A DNA stretch of 64,000 bases from Candidatus Cloacimonadota bacterium (GCA_049903315.1 JBNGBT010000001.1:421652-485651), one strand, 5' to 3'; counted from the stretch's first letter, positions 50,403 to 61,064 are shown. The notes: generated by a model from the sequence alone, not told the origin. Translations and numbers: made by a program.

Positions 50403-52445
50403 TTAAAAAATTATGGTAAACTTTGTGCCGGCGCTTTTATCAACGTCAATATTTCCTTGCAATTGCCGTACCAATCCTGTGACCAACTGCAATCCAAGAG
50501 AAGTTGTAGTCCTGAAATCGAGTTCTTCCGGTATGCCGATACCGTCATCGGATACAACTAAAATGAAAGATTTTTTATCATGCAGATTCATTGTAATTTC
50601 TATCTTACCCTCTCGTCCTCCCGGAAATGCATGCTTGAATGCATTTGTCACAAGCTCATTAATGATAAGCCCGCAAGGGATTGCCTGATTGATGTCCATC
50701 ACCACATTTTTTACATCTATAGAAATGATAATATTATCGAATTCTGGCTGATGGATATTATCAACCAGGTCCTTTATATATTCTGAGAAATCTATACTTG
50801 AAAAATCGCTCGATCGATAGAGCTTTTCATGAACCAATGCCATAGAACGGATCCTATCCTGACTGTCCTGGAAAATCCGTAAAGATCTTTCATCCGTAAT
50901 ATATCGTGACTGTAAATGCAATAAGCTGGAGATGATCTGCATGTTATTTTTCACACGATGATGAATTTCTTTGAGCATCACGTTTTTCTCTTTTAAGGAC
51001 AATTTCAGTTGTTCTTCTATTTTTGCACGTTCTTCTATTTCCTTTAATAAGTTTTTTGTCATTCTTATTTTTGTGATATATGCATAATAGATGAGGAGGA
51101 TAATGAAGACAAGGAAGATGAGTACTGCTATGAAAAAATATCGTAAATTTTTCTGTCTATTGAGTTGAAGTTTTTTGATCTCATTATCTTTCTGAAGGAG
51201 TCCGATCTCGCGCTCCATGTTTTCGAGATCATATTGTAATTGAAGATTTGCAATTTGTCTTTGAGTCTTAATCGAAAAAAGAGAATCCTTAATACTCTCT
51301 GAACGTTTATAGAATTCCAGACTTTTTTGAAAATTGTTTTGACTCTGGTAGTACTGAAAAAGTCCATCATAGCTTTCTTTGATAAGTTCTTGTGCACCGA
51401 TATCCTGAGCAATTTTCAATGCATTCATGAAATGTTTATAGGCATTCTCAGGTTGGTTCATTTTCAGGAAGAGGTATCCCATATTGTTCGTAGTATTTGC
51501 TATAGAAAAATTATCTAAGATCATTTGGGATAAAGCAAGAGATCTTTTATAATAATCCAATGATTTATCCAACTCGTTCATTTCATCATATACTATTGCG
51601 ATGTTATTATATGATGCAGCAATCCCAGCTTTATCATCCCTGTCAATATCTGTTTGCATAGATTGGAAATAATACTCTAAAGCCTTAACGTAGTCACCCA
51701 TATCATGATAAATGATGCCGATATTATGAACTGCCATAGCTACGCCTACAGAATCACCAATACTCTTATACATATCCCTGGCTTGTTGCAGATATTCTAG
51801 TGCCTTATCCAAATTGCTTAATGCCTGATATACATTCCCGATATTATTAAGAGAAGAGGCAATACCTTCCTTGTCATTAATCTGTACATACTGATTATGA
51901 CTTTGGAGATAATATTCGAGGGCTTTATCGTATTTTCCGAGTGTTTCATACACACTTCCGATATTGGTCTGCAGGAGTGCCATTCCAGATAAATCATGAA
52001 TTTCCGCATATATATCGCAGGATTGTTTGTAATAGCCAATCGCTTGAGTATAGTCGTTGATTGATTCATACACTATGCCAAGGTAGTTTAGTATATTTGC
52101 AATCGATAATTGATTTTTTGCGAGAAGATACGCATCTCGTGCTTGTTTAAAATAACTTATCGCATTATGATATTCGAACTGCAATTCATAGTAATTTCCA
52201 AGGTTCTCCAATGCATTTCCTTCACCGAATTTGTAATGTTGCATAAGAGCGAGATTAAGGGCTTGTTGAGCATAATTTAAAGATTTGTTGAGATCATCAT
52301 ATAGAAATTTTGAAGACAACTTGTTCATCACATCCACTTTTTCATTACCGACTGCTGAATTAAGTTTCAACTCAAGATCGGATACAGATTCTTGAGCATT
52401 TACGAAAAGTGGTAGAAAAAACAGGAGTATGATAAATTTTTTCAT
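50403..52445 (-). CDS. Membrane-bound TPR-repeat sensor histidine kinase (HisKA_2 type)
   Basis: Signal peptide, many TPRs (NNIG.VY), one TM, EIHHRVKNNMQ H-box, NELVTNAFKHAF, DDGIG, SLGLQL. Confidence 0.9.
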   Translation of the reverse strand: MKKFIILLFFLPLFVNAQESVSDLELKLNSAVGNEKVDVMNKLSSKFLYDDLNKSLNYAQQALNLALMQHYKFGEGNALENLGNYYELQFEYHNAISYFKQARDAYLLAKNQLSIANILNYLGIVYESINDYTQAIGYYKQSCDIYAEIHDLSGMALLQTNIGSVYETLGKYDKALEYYLQSHNQYVQINDKEGIASSLNNIGNVYQALSNLDKALEYLQQARDMYKSIGDSVGVAMAVHNIGIIYHDMGDYVKALEYYFQSMQTDIDRDDKAGIAASYNNIAIVYDEMNELDKSLDYYKRSLALSQMILDNFSIANTTNNMGYLFLKMNQPENAYKHFMNALKIAQDIGAQELIKESYDGLFQYYQSQNNFQKSLEFYKRSESIKDSLFSIKTQRQIANLQLQYDLENMEREIGLLQKDNEIKKLQLNRQKNLRYFFIAVLIFLVFIILLIYYAYITKIRMTKNLLKEIEERAKIEEQLKLSLKEKNVMLKEIHHRVKNNMQIISSLLHLQSRYITDERSLRIFQDSQDRIRSMALVHEKLYRSSDFSSIDFSEYIKDLVDNIHQPEFDNIIISIDVKNVVMDINQAIPCGLIINELVTNAFKHAFPGGREGKIEITMNLHDKKSFILVVSDDGIGIPEELDFRTTTSLGLQLVTGLVRQLQGNIDVDKSAGTKFTIIF

Positions 52446-52512
52446 TAGAATTTTTTATTCATTCAAAGTTTTTATGATTTAGTTAATAAAGAAAAAAATT
52501 GTCAAAATATAA

Positions 52513-52962
52513 TTATACATCAACATCTGATATGAGAATTTTTTTCATCTTATAGTGCTGAATGTTCCCAAAAAGCAGATAGGCTTTCTCTTCAATGATA
52601 TATCCGATTTTTTGATAAAAAGGAACGGCATTTTCGCGAGCATAGAGTATGATCGAGTGAGCATTTTTTTTGTGAGCATATTTTTCAAGAGCATTCATTA
52701 TTCGTGTACCTATTCCCTGACCCTGAAATTCATTTTCCACTGCCATATAGCGAATTTGTGCTTCGTGCTCGTTGTTAAAATGAAGCCGTCCAATCCCAAT
52801 GGGTATTCTGTCCTCTTCACATACCATTACATGGTAACTGGTGTCATCGAGTTCGTTACGTTCGGAACCCAGTGGTTGGTTCCAAGGTTTACGTAGAATT
52901 TTCCATCGCAGGAAATAGTACCTTTTAAAATCTTCTTCTGAAACAGGATGAATGACTTCCAT
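52513..52962 (-). CDS. GNAT family N-acetyltransferase
   Basis: QIRYMAV..FQGQGIG, ARENAVPFY. Confidence 0.9.
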   Translation of the reverse strand: MEVIHPVSEEDFKRYYFLRWKILRKPWNQPLGSERNELDDTSYHVMVCEEDRIPIGIGRLHFNNEHEAQIRYMAVENEFQGQGIGTRIMNALEKYAHKKNAHSIILYARENAVPFYQKIGYIIEEKAYLLFGNIQHYKMKKILISDVDV

Positions 52963-53091
52963 TAAAAGTTTCCTTTTTTGGTTTACATATTAGGAATGCT
53001 CTGAAGAAAGTGCAAGATATTTAAAATTAAGGAGTTTGACAAAGAAATAAGTATTATTTTGATATAAAAAAACAAAATCGAGGAATGGTTT

Positions 53092-54135
53092 ATGAAAAAG
53101 AATTATTTTATTTTAGTTATACTATTTCTTTTATTTGCATGTTCTTCCATCCAAATTGTTGAAAAACCTGCAGTGCCTGCTCAACAACCTAAGGAAGTTA
53201 TCGTACAAGATATTACACTTGAAGGTGAAATTTCCGAAGCAAAAGCAGAAATCTCAGGTCTTGCTTGGTATGGGGACTATCTTATCTTATTACCTCAGTA
53301 TCCACATCTTTTTCCTTCTGAATATGATGGTTCATTGTTTGCAATTCCAAAATCAAAGATCGCAGAACATCTCAATGAAGTGCCAAATTCACCGATCAAG
53401 CCAATTCCTATCAACCTGAATGCACCTGGTTTGAAGGATATTATTGAAGGATATGAAGGATTTGAATCTATTGGATTTAATGGAAATAATGTTTTTTTTA
53501 CAGTAGAATCTAGCCCTGCTGACGAAATGATGGGATATCTTTTTAAAGGCAGCATTTCCGATGATATGAGCACTATCATCGTTGACGTTGATAAAAGAGT
53601 GGAATTACCACCTCGTGCACCGATCGGTAATGCAACCGACGAAACGATCCTTGTCACAGATACTCGCGTGATTACTATCTATGAATGGAATAGCTCGTAC
53701 CTGGAGAATGAGCCTTATGCTTATGTATTCGATCACTCACTTAATCTTTTAGATTCTTTGTCGCTTCCATATATTGAATATAGAATTACCGATGCAACAG
53801 AACTCGATGGTAATGATAATTTTTGGGCAATAAATTACATGTGGTCTGGTGATTACGGTGAGAATTACAATCCCGCTGATCCAATTGCTTCAAAATACGG
53901 AAAGGGAGAGACACATAAGAAATATAAAACGCTTGAACGCCTGTTAGAATTCCATTACTCTACCAAAGGTATCTCTCTCGTTAAACGATCCCCGATACAA
54001 TTAAAATTAATTGATGACGACAACTCAAGGAACTGGGAAGGAATCGTGCGATTTGGCGATCAAGGATTTATCGTAGTTACTGACAAATTTCCTTCTACAA
54101 TTCTTGGTTTTGTGCGAATGCCGCAGGAAAGGTGA
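53092..54135 (+). CDS. Lipoprotein, probable beta-propeller
   Basis: Lipobox LFAC; blade-like motifs EISGLAW, GFESIGF, NWEGIV. Confidence 0.65.
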   Translation: MKKNYFILVILFLLFACSSIQIVEKPAVPAQQPKEVIVQDITLEGEISEAKAEISGLAWYGDYLILLPQYPHLFPSEYDGSLFAIPKSKIAEHLNEVPNSPIKPIPINLNAPGLKDIIEGYEGFESIGFNGNNVFFTVESSPADEMMGYLFKGSISDDMSTIIVDVDKRVELPPRAPIGNATDETILVTDTRVITIYEWNSSYLENEPYAYVFDHSLNLLDSLSLPYIEYRITDATELDGNDNFWAINYMWSGDYGENYNPADPIASKYGKGETHKKYKTLERLLEFHYSTKGISLVKRSPIQLKLIDDDNSRNWEGIVRFGDQGFIVVTDKFPSTILGFVRMPQER

Positions 54136-54139
54136 GATA

Positions 54140-55777
54140 ATGAAAAACATATTTTCAATACTCATACTTCTTATATTTTCTCAATCTCTCTTTGGATTTA
54201 CCCCAATTCCGGTTGATGAATATTATCAATCAGTAATCTTTCTTACAGGCGATTCACTCAAAGCCGCTTTACACGACCTTATAAAAGATCATGTGATGTA
54301 TCCTTACTTCAGTGATTCAACTGTGGCGACAAAAGATATTATGATCGAAGCTGATGCAGATATATCTCATCCCGGCAACATCATTTTATTTTATTCCGGA
54401 CGGTCTCAAAAAGCAGAATATGCAGATCATGGCGACAATTTTGATTATATAAAAGAGTATGGTATTTCTCATGATGATTCCTGGAACAGAGAACATATCT
54501 GGGCAAAATCCCATGGTTTTCCTGATATGGCAGATACCGCATATACTGATGTCCATCACCTGAGACCAGCAGATCGTTCTGTGAATGGTGCGCGTGGAAA
54601 TCGTGATTTTGATTGGGGCGGATTTGAGCTGGGAGAAGTGGAAGGTTGCTATTATGATTTTGATTCATGGGAGCCTCCGGATAGAGTCAAAGGCGACGTT
54701 GCTCGCATGATGTTCTATATGGCAACTCGGTATGAAGGCGAGAATAAAACATACGATCTTGAACTCCTGGATAAAACCGGAACGTATGGTCCAAAATTTG
54801 GAAAACTCTCCACACTCCTTCAATGGCATATGCTTGATCCGGTTGATGCAAGAGAGCGGCATCGTAATGAAGTTATTTATTCATATCAGCGCAATCGAAA
54901 TCCTTTTATTGATCATCCTGAATTTGTTGAAAAGATTTGGGGAGATCCGGTCATCGAACCCGTACTTAATTATTCGGATCCGGTTATTGGTTTTGGTAAT
55001 CAAGTGATTGAACAGTTTTCATTGCCACAACAATTCGTCATTAATGGGTATAATTTGTCAGGGGAGGTGAACCTTAATGTGTCATCTCCATTTTTTATTG
55101 CTGAAACTATTGATGGAATACCAAGGACTGAATTATTATTTCATCCCCTGGAAGATCCTTTAAACCAAAGAATATTTATCTATTTCAAGCCGGATATGAA
55201 AACTGTGTATGAGGATGCCCTCTCTATTACTTCCGATGGAGCTGAATCCCAAAATGTCATTCTCACAGGTCATGGGATTGATCCATTAGCTCGAATAATT
55301 ATCTCAAGTTCCTTTGAGAATGGCTGGGAAGGATGGACAGCTTACAGTGTCTCAGGTAATGAGAATTGGTATCCTTCATCATACGGAGATAGGCACTTCA
55401 TGAAAATGAGTGGGTATAAAGCCGATGAACCGTGTGTTGATTGGCTGATATCCCCAGAATTGGATTTACGAAGTTATCAGGATGTTATTCTCAGTTTTGA
55501 AACTGCTAAGAATCATACAGATATCACTTCGGGTTTTGAAGTATTTATATCAATTGACTATATAGAAGGAAATGATCCCCAAAACTACAATTGGCATCCT
55601 CTTCCTGCGTTTCTTTCTGAGGGTTATTACGAATGGAAGCATTCGGGGTATATAGATATTTCAGAATTTGCTACAAGCGATGTCCATATCGCATTTAAAT
55701 ATATAAACTCGAGTCCATCCAAGGCAACGTCCTGGGAGGTGGATGATGTAGAGGTCATTGGAGTAGAAAAGAAATAA
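54140..55777 (+). CDS. Secreted endonuclease I (Bsn/EndA-like) with Ig-like and C-terminal beta-sandwich domains
   Basis: WNREHIWAKS, DVHHLRP, KGDVAR..FYMATRY, NRNPFIDHPE; start MKNIFS at 54140. Confidence 0.88.
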   Translation: MKNIFSILILLIFSQSLFGFTPIPVDEYYQSVIFLTGDSLKAALHDLIKDHVMYPYFSDSTVATKDIMIEADADISHPGNIILFYSGRSQKAEYADHGDNFDYIKEYGISHDDSWNREHIWAKSHGFPDMADTAYTDVHHLRPADRSVNGARGNRDFDWGGFELGEVEGCYYDFDSWEPPDRVKGDVARMMFYMATRYEGENKTYDLELLDKTGTYGPKFGKLSTLLQWHMLDPVDARERHRNEVIYSYQRNRNPFIDHPEFVEKIWGDPVIEPVLNYSDPVIGFGNQVIEQFSLPQQFVINGYNLSGEVNLNVSSPFFIAETIDGIPRTELLFHPLEDPLNQRIFIYFKPDMKTVYEDALSITSDGAESQNVILTGHGIDPLARIIISSSFENGWEGWTAYSVSGNENWYPSSYGDRHFMKMSGYKADEPCVDWLISPELDLRSYQDVILSFETAKNHTDITSGFEVFISIDYIEGNDPQNYNWHPLPAFLSEGYYEWKHSGYIDISEFATSDVHIAFKYINSSPSKATSWEVDDVEVIGVEKK

Positions 55778-55903
55778 ATATGTATACTACTAATTATATG
55801 CTTTTCGATATATTAAAATATGAATTAAAATCCAAATCCATGAAATTTGACAAAGAAAATGTTCAAATTTTTATAACATTAAATTGAATGAAAAGGAGTT
55901 CTT

Positions 55904-56263
55904 ATGCCACGCATCATTCATTTCGAAATTAATGCAGAAGAACCCGAAAAGATAATCGAGTTCTATAAAAATACTTTCGGCTGGACGATCCAAAAATGGA
56001 AAGGTCCAATGGAGTACTGGCTTGTCATGACCGGTGAAGGGGAGGGCATCGATGGCGGTATCGCAAAAGCCGAAGGTGAGGAACGCATTATCAACACAAT
56101 CGGGGTGGACGATCTCGATGAGTACATCAAAAAAGTCGAAGAATTTGGCGGTTCAATAGTGCGCCAGAAAGCGGCAGTGCCGGGTGTCGGGTGGCTTGCC
56201 TATTTCTTAGATCCGGAAGGCAACCTGCACGGTATGATGCAATCAGATCCCAAAGCAAAGTAA
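55904..56263 (+). CDS. VOC / glyoxalase family protein
   Basis: IHFEI, FY...FGW, GIDGG, VPGVGWLAYFLDPEGN. Confidence 0.9.
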   Translation: MPRIIHFEINAEEPEKIIEFYKNTFGWTIQKWKGPMEYWLVMTGEGEGIDGGIAKAEGEERIINTIGVDDLDEYIKKVEEFGGSIVRQKAAVPGVGWLAYFLDPEGNLHGMMQSDPKAK

Positions 56264-56333
56264 AGTATTAATAAATAGATTTAAGTTTTGATGTTCCAGC
56301 AAGGTGGATTCAAATAAAACTGTTGAAGGATCA

Positions 56334-57329
56334 TTACGATATAAAGTAATGATCCTTCTTGCTTTTTCTGCTCCTCAACCATTTATAAACGACCATTGCT
56401 CTATCAAGTAAAAACACAGAATTTACTTCTTTTTTTATAGACTGACATTTCAATTCATCGAGATATTTCTTCATTTGATTCTCCGAGGGTTTTCTATTAT
56501 AAATTTTTATGATGTTTCCCTTATGAAAAATGTACAGCTTTGAGGGCTGAGTCTTTTCCTCGATGACCAATATCTTTGAGACAAAACTACTAATAAATTT
56601 CTGCCTGCTGCAGAAACCTACGCAAAAACGTAAACGGTCTCTCCATAGCGCTGCTTGCTCGAATTCCAGCTTATCAGCATGCGAGCTTATTTTATTCTTA
56701 ATTATTCTTCTGGCTGTTTGAATATCCCCACCAAGAAAATCAAGTGCTGAGTTCACAATCCGGGTATATTCTTCAGAGGATATTTTCCTTTTGCACGGAC
56801 CGGAGCATTGTCCAATATCAAATCTGATGCATTTATTTTTCGGAACTTTCGTTGTGCAGTCTCTTAAAAGAAATGTTTCACATACGAAATCTTTAATTTT
56901 ATCAGCCAGAAAGCTGTCCTTGAAAGGACCAAAAAATTTGTGACCAACTTCGTGAACTGGAGTATGCTCGAAAAATATAAAAGGGAACTCGTCGTTTGAA
57001 AAAATGAGATACTGGTATTCTTGATATTCTTTCTGTTTTATGTTGTATTCAGGAAGATATGTTTTGATAAGTTCGTCTTCGAGAATGAGTGCTTCGAGTT
57101 CGGTGTCTGTATTTTGGACTTCAACATTGTGAATGCTATTTAACAGTATTTGAGTTTTTTTCATAGAAGTGCTGTTTTGTCTGAAATAACTCATCACCCG
57201 TTTTTTTAAATTAATCGATTTTCCCACATATATGATAGTTCCGTTATCATCGTAGAGAAGATACACTCCGCAGGTTTCAGGTAAACCTCTCAGTTTCGTG
57301 TTCAGTTCTTCTGTTATTATTTTTTTCAT
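56334..57329 (-). CDS. UvrC N-terminal-like (Cho-like) GIY-YIG nuclease
   Basis: GVY...IYVGKS.NLKKRV.SYF, EALILE..LIK...P.YN, Cys cluster, UVR domain LEFEQAA..RD; lacks the RNase H and HhH domains of UvrC. Confidence 0.85.
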   Translation of the reverse strand: MKKIITEELNTKLRGLPETCGVYLLYDDNGTIIYVGKSINLKKRVMSYFRQNSTSMKKTQILLNSIHNVEVQNTDTELEALILEDELIKTYLPEYNIKQKEYQEYQYLIFSNDEFPFIFFEHTPVHEVGHKFFGPFKDSFLADKIKDFVCETFLLRDCTTKVPKNKCIRFDIGQCSGPCKRKISSEEYTRIVNSALDFLGGDIQTARRIIKNKISSHADKLEFEQAALWRDRLRFCVGFCSRQKFISSFVSKILVIEEKTQPSKLYIFHKGNIIKIYNRKPSENQMKKYLDELKCQSIKKEVNSVFLLDRAMVVYKWLRSRKSKKDHYFIS

Positions 57330-58325
57330 TTATCTGATCATTCTTGGATATAACCCGATATTCATTGTGCCAGAAGCAATTTCACGAAGTGCTGATGCGG
57401 TCAACCTCTCTCGTATTTCCGGTTTGTGAGAAATGATCCGGAGGATTGCATTATTGTCCATAACTGTTATTTTTTCATTCAGATAATGCATGATATCGGA
57501 CACATCAGTATTCCTTAGATCAAGGTCGAGTGTTATCATGGCTCTTGTGGGAAGAGAGTGGAAATCAGCATTCCATGTAAAGATACTATTCCGTTTATCA
57601 CATTCCAAAACGTAAAAGCCCTTGTCCTCGTTCTGCTCTTGAAAGGATGTTCTCTCAATAGAACCCGGATAGATAACAGGAATTGTTTTGAGAAGTCCCC
57701 TGATTTGTACGATTTGAGCTCTGTGAATATGTCCGGAAATAACAAAGTCCAGATCAAGAGAGATCATTTTATGTGGTATAACATTTTCACCATGGCTGAA
57801 AACATACCTTTCCAATCGAGCGCCGCTCACGATCTGATGCATGCAGAGTATATGAATATCTTCAGAGGATGAGTTTGCCATAAGTGCATGAATGATACTT
57901 CCAAAATGTTCTTTGATAGAATCACGCACAAAAGGGAATCCGTGTATCTGAATAGTGGTTTTGTTTTTTGTGAAAGTAAAGGTGCGGGGTTTGTCGAAGA
58001 TAAGAATGTTTTTTGTGTTTAAAAGCATGGATAGGGGAAGTTGCGCGCGCTCATGATTACCGGGCACCAGTATGAATGGGATATTATGCTTTGAAAAATC
58101 ATGCAGCATTTCGTAGCCGATGGTAATGATCTTTTCAGGCAGCTTGCTTCTGAAGAAGAAATCTCCGCCATGAATCACGAAGTCGGCTTCTTCTTCAACT
58201 GCAAAATCGAGCACTTTCTGGAAATTCCGGAAAAAATCTTTCCCTCTTCTTCTCCTGTCGATTCGGGGATTAATCGGGTAGTCAAAACCAAGATGGGTGT
58301 CTGCACAGAGTATGAACTTTATCAT
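57330..58325 (-). CDS. Mre11/SbcD-like metallophosphoesterase (DNA repair exonuclease)
   Basis: ADTHLG, GGDFF, PGNHE, HQ, GHIH, YPGSIER.SF.E. Confidence 0.85.
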   Translation of the reverse strand: MIKFILCADTHLGFDYPINPRIDRRRRGKDFFRNFQKVLDFAVEEEADFVIHGGDFFFRSKLPEKIITIGYEMLHDFSKHNIPFILVPGNHERAQLPLSMLLNTKNILIFDKPRTFTFTKNKTTIQIHGFPFVRDSIKEHFGSIIHALMANSSSEDIHILCMHQIVSGARLERYVFSHGENVIPHKMISLDLDFVISGHIHRAQIVQIRGLLKTIPVIYPGSIERTSFQEQNEDKGFYVLECDKRNSIFTWNADFHSLPTRAMITLDLDLRNTDVSDIMHYLNEKITVMDNNAILRIISHKPEIRERLTASALREIASGTMNIGLYPRMIR

Positions 58326-58491
58326 GGGAGAGATATTTTAGAAGGTTACAATTTTCGTAAAGCATTTTAAGATATTATTAGAACGCAGATTGAGCAGATT
58401 TGTGCTGATTATTTTTATCAATAAATTATAATTATACCGATGGACTGGGACACACTTTTTTTTAAATCATTACAAATGAATTCAGATTAAT

Positions 58492-58514
58492 CCGCACCCC
58501 GCACTCCGCAACCC
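58492..58514. repeat. 7-nt short tandem repeat
   Basis: CCGCACC-CCGCACT-CCGCAAC. Confidence 0.5.
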
Positions 58515-58718
58515 AGTGACAGTTCACCAAAAAACAGACTAAATAAGGTGTTCTGTGCTCTTACCCAACAGGCTGAGTTCGATGGTGTCGCATCGTATTC
58601 AACATTAAAAATTAAATTACAAAAATGAACATAACATCATTGACAAATTTAATAAGCCAGACAATAAAGCCCAATTAATTTTAAATAATTTACTTCAATA
58701 AAAATAAAGGATTCAGAA

Positions 58719-59963
58719 ATGTCAAAATCAAGATCAGGGTCTTTAAAAACTGGATTTATTGCTTGGATTGTATTTTTTCTGATTGCGTTAGTTCTTTGGT
58801 TCCTATTTAGCGATTCTCGTGGTCCAGGAAGTTTGTTTCCTTATCCGTTTGTAATGTATTTGGCTGTGATGATCCTCGTAGGCTTATGGCAACATTTATC
58901 ATTCGATAATTGGCCAGTAGCGAAAATGAGGCAGCCGTGGCAGGGAATAATGTTAACCATTCTAAATGTTATTCTCACATTCTTTTTTATCCATATTGTC
59001 TTTTATCGGATATTTGGATTAGGATTTAATTTCCTTAGTCAAATCAATCTTAATGAGTTGGCTGGAGCTGGAAAAGCAATTCTTCCAAATGGAGTCACGG
59101 TAGCTCTAAAATTCATGGTAGAAAAACATTTTGCCGAAAGCGCTATTGTAAGTTTTGTGTTAATCGGATTTTTTACATATCCAACAGTTCCCATTTTATT
59201 TGGAGGATGGCCAGTCCTCCCGAGTAATTTAGAACAGCCACGAGCTGGTTTTGCAGGATTAGGATGGGGGTCTTTATTCACTCTCTTTTGTTTCACAATT
59301 TTAATTGTTCCATTCTGGGGATCAGTGTATTCTCAACAACTAGGCACATCATTTGGCTTTAATGCTCCTTGGTGGAACTTTAGCGGAACAAATCATCTTC
59401 ATTGGGTCTTTGGCTGGTGGGAATGGGCGATTGTTGTTCTATTTATGACAGCCAATGTTTGGAGAGGAAAACCCTGGTCGTGTATTAAATTACCACAGCC
59501 ATGGAAAGGACTATTATCCTTGGCAGGGGTAATAACATTAGGATACATTATTGGCATGCTGGTTATTAAAATAATACCCTTATGGATACCAAAAGAAACC
59601 ATACATCACCTCACAGAAACTGATGATCTAATCCGTTTTCTCTGGTATCACAGTGCTGAAATTGCTGGATTTTTCTTATTTCCTTTTTTAATATATCATC
59701 ACTATTTTGATGATATTACACCATTCAAAAATAAGGATTCATGGAAAGCTTTTTTCTTTAGAACGGCTGTTGTATTAATACTCGCGATGGCTAACTATTG
59801 CTTCTATTATTACATCAATTTTGGTGGATGGGGTTTGGGGAATTCTCATATAATTTCCCACCGATTCATACATGGGGAATCATTGATATGGAATTTTTGG
59901 AGCATAATCCCATTACTTTGGCATGTCTGGTTTTTTAAAAAATGGGGTATAAAGAAAACCTGA
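58719..59963 (+). CDS. Trp-rich polytopic membrane protein, putative transporter
   Basis: About 10 hydrophobic segments with recurring WP...QP..G loops. Confidence 0.7.
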   Translation: MSKSRSGSLKTGFIAWIVFFLIALVLWFLFSDSRGPGSLFPYPFVMYLAVMILVGLWQHLSFDNWPVAKMRQPWQGIMLTILNVILTFFFIHIVFYRIFGLGFNFLSQINLNELAGAGKAILPNGVTVALKFMVEKHFAESAIVSFVLIGFFTYPTVPILFGGWPVLPSNLEQPRAGFAGLGWGSLFTLFCFTILIVPFWGSVYSQQLGTSFGFNAPWWNFSGTNHLHWVFGWWEWAIVVLFMTANVWRGKPWSCIKLPQPWKGLLSLAGVITLGYIIGMLVIKIIPLWIPKETIHHLTETDDLIRFLWYHSAEIAGFFLFPFLIYHHYFDDITPFKNKDSWKAFFFRTAVVLILAMANYCFYYYINFGGWGLGNSHIISHRFIHGESLIWNFWSIIPLLWHVWFFKKWGIKKT

Positions 59964-60193
59964 TAGTAGTGTAACTAACTATATTATCGTCTAGCATTAG
60001 CTTGTTAGACGATTTTTTTTTGAAATAATGAAATACTTAGATAATCCCTACACGTATGTGTGAGAACTGCTACGATTGATGGAAAAAATATTCCGCTTGT
60101 TTGGCGAGAATTGGAACGATCCTAATTTTAAATTACCATCTGCCACGACGCGCTTGTTATATGTCAAAAAGGGATGTGGAGCTTTTAAGCCAT

Positions 60194-61033
60194 TCATTGA
60201 ATTTTTCCTACAACTGCAAATTCTAAAGAATCATTGTTATAATCTGAGCCAGCAACATCAGAGTACACTTCTACAATGTTAATCCCATTTTCTTCAAATT
60301 CACTTTTTAATGCATCCACACTAAAATATTGCAGCCAATTATAAACAACACGCTTTCCTGAATTTTCAATTATTGTAAATTTATCAAGTATGACTTTTTC
60401 TTTGTCATATTTAAACGTATTTTGAAAAGCAAAATGATCCTCGGCTGACCAAAACTTGGATAACGGATTACATTCATATGTTGCTTTCTCTTCCCGGTTG
60501 TTATAAGAATTTAATGAGTATACATCGAGTAATATTGAGCTGCCTGGTTCTAATATCTTTTTGAATTTCCCAAGCATGAGTTTTCTCTGCTTCGGACTTA
60601 ACGCACAATAATCACACATGATCAAAGTAACAAGATCAAATTTATGTGATGATCCGTATTTGAGATAATTTATATTAAGATAATTAATTTTTACATTTTC
60701 ATCTTTGGCTGTTTGTTTGGCGTATTCAATAGATCTTTGAGAAAAATCTATGCCTGTTACCTTAATGTTATTTTTTGCGAAACGCGTCGTATAAAGTCCC
60801 GGACCACAACCAAAATCAATGAGGGCTGAGTCTTTATTAAGATTGAAATGGCGGATTATCCACTCAACTGATTTGTCTATGAATGTGATATTTCTGGAAG
60901 ATACATTGATTGTTTCATTCAAATGATACTCAAGCATCTTTTTTGATATGTGTTCATCGTTCCACATTTCAGAAGCAGTATAATGCTCAAATGGTTTGGG
61001 GCGTTTATTGATTTCAAGTAGTTCATTAAACAT
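60194..61033 (-). CDS. Class I SAM-dependent methyltransferase (start MFNELL at 61033)
   Basis: DFGCGPGLY motif I, GIDFS; GGAG SD. Confidence 0.88.
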   Translation of the reverse strand: MFNELLEINKRPKPFEHYTASEMWNDEHISKKMLEYHLNETINVSSRNITFIDKSVEWIIRHFNLNKDSALIDFGCGPGLYTTRFAKNNIKVTGIDFSQRSIEYAKQTAKDENVKINYLNINYLKYGSSHKFDLVTLIMCDYCALSPKQRKLMLGKFKKILEPGSSILLDVYSLNSYNNREEKATYECNPLSKFWSAEDHFAFQNTFKYDKEKVILDKFTIIENSGKRVVYNWLQYFSVDALKSEFEENGINIVEVYSDVAGSDYNNDSLEFAVVGKIQ

Positions 61034-61064
61034 AGTCAGCTCCGATTGATTTATATTATACAAA

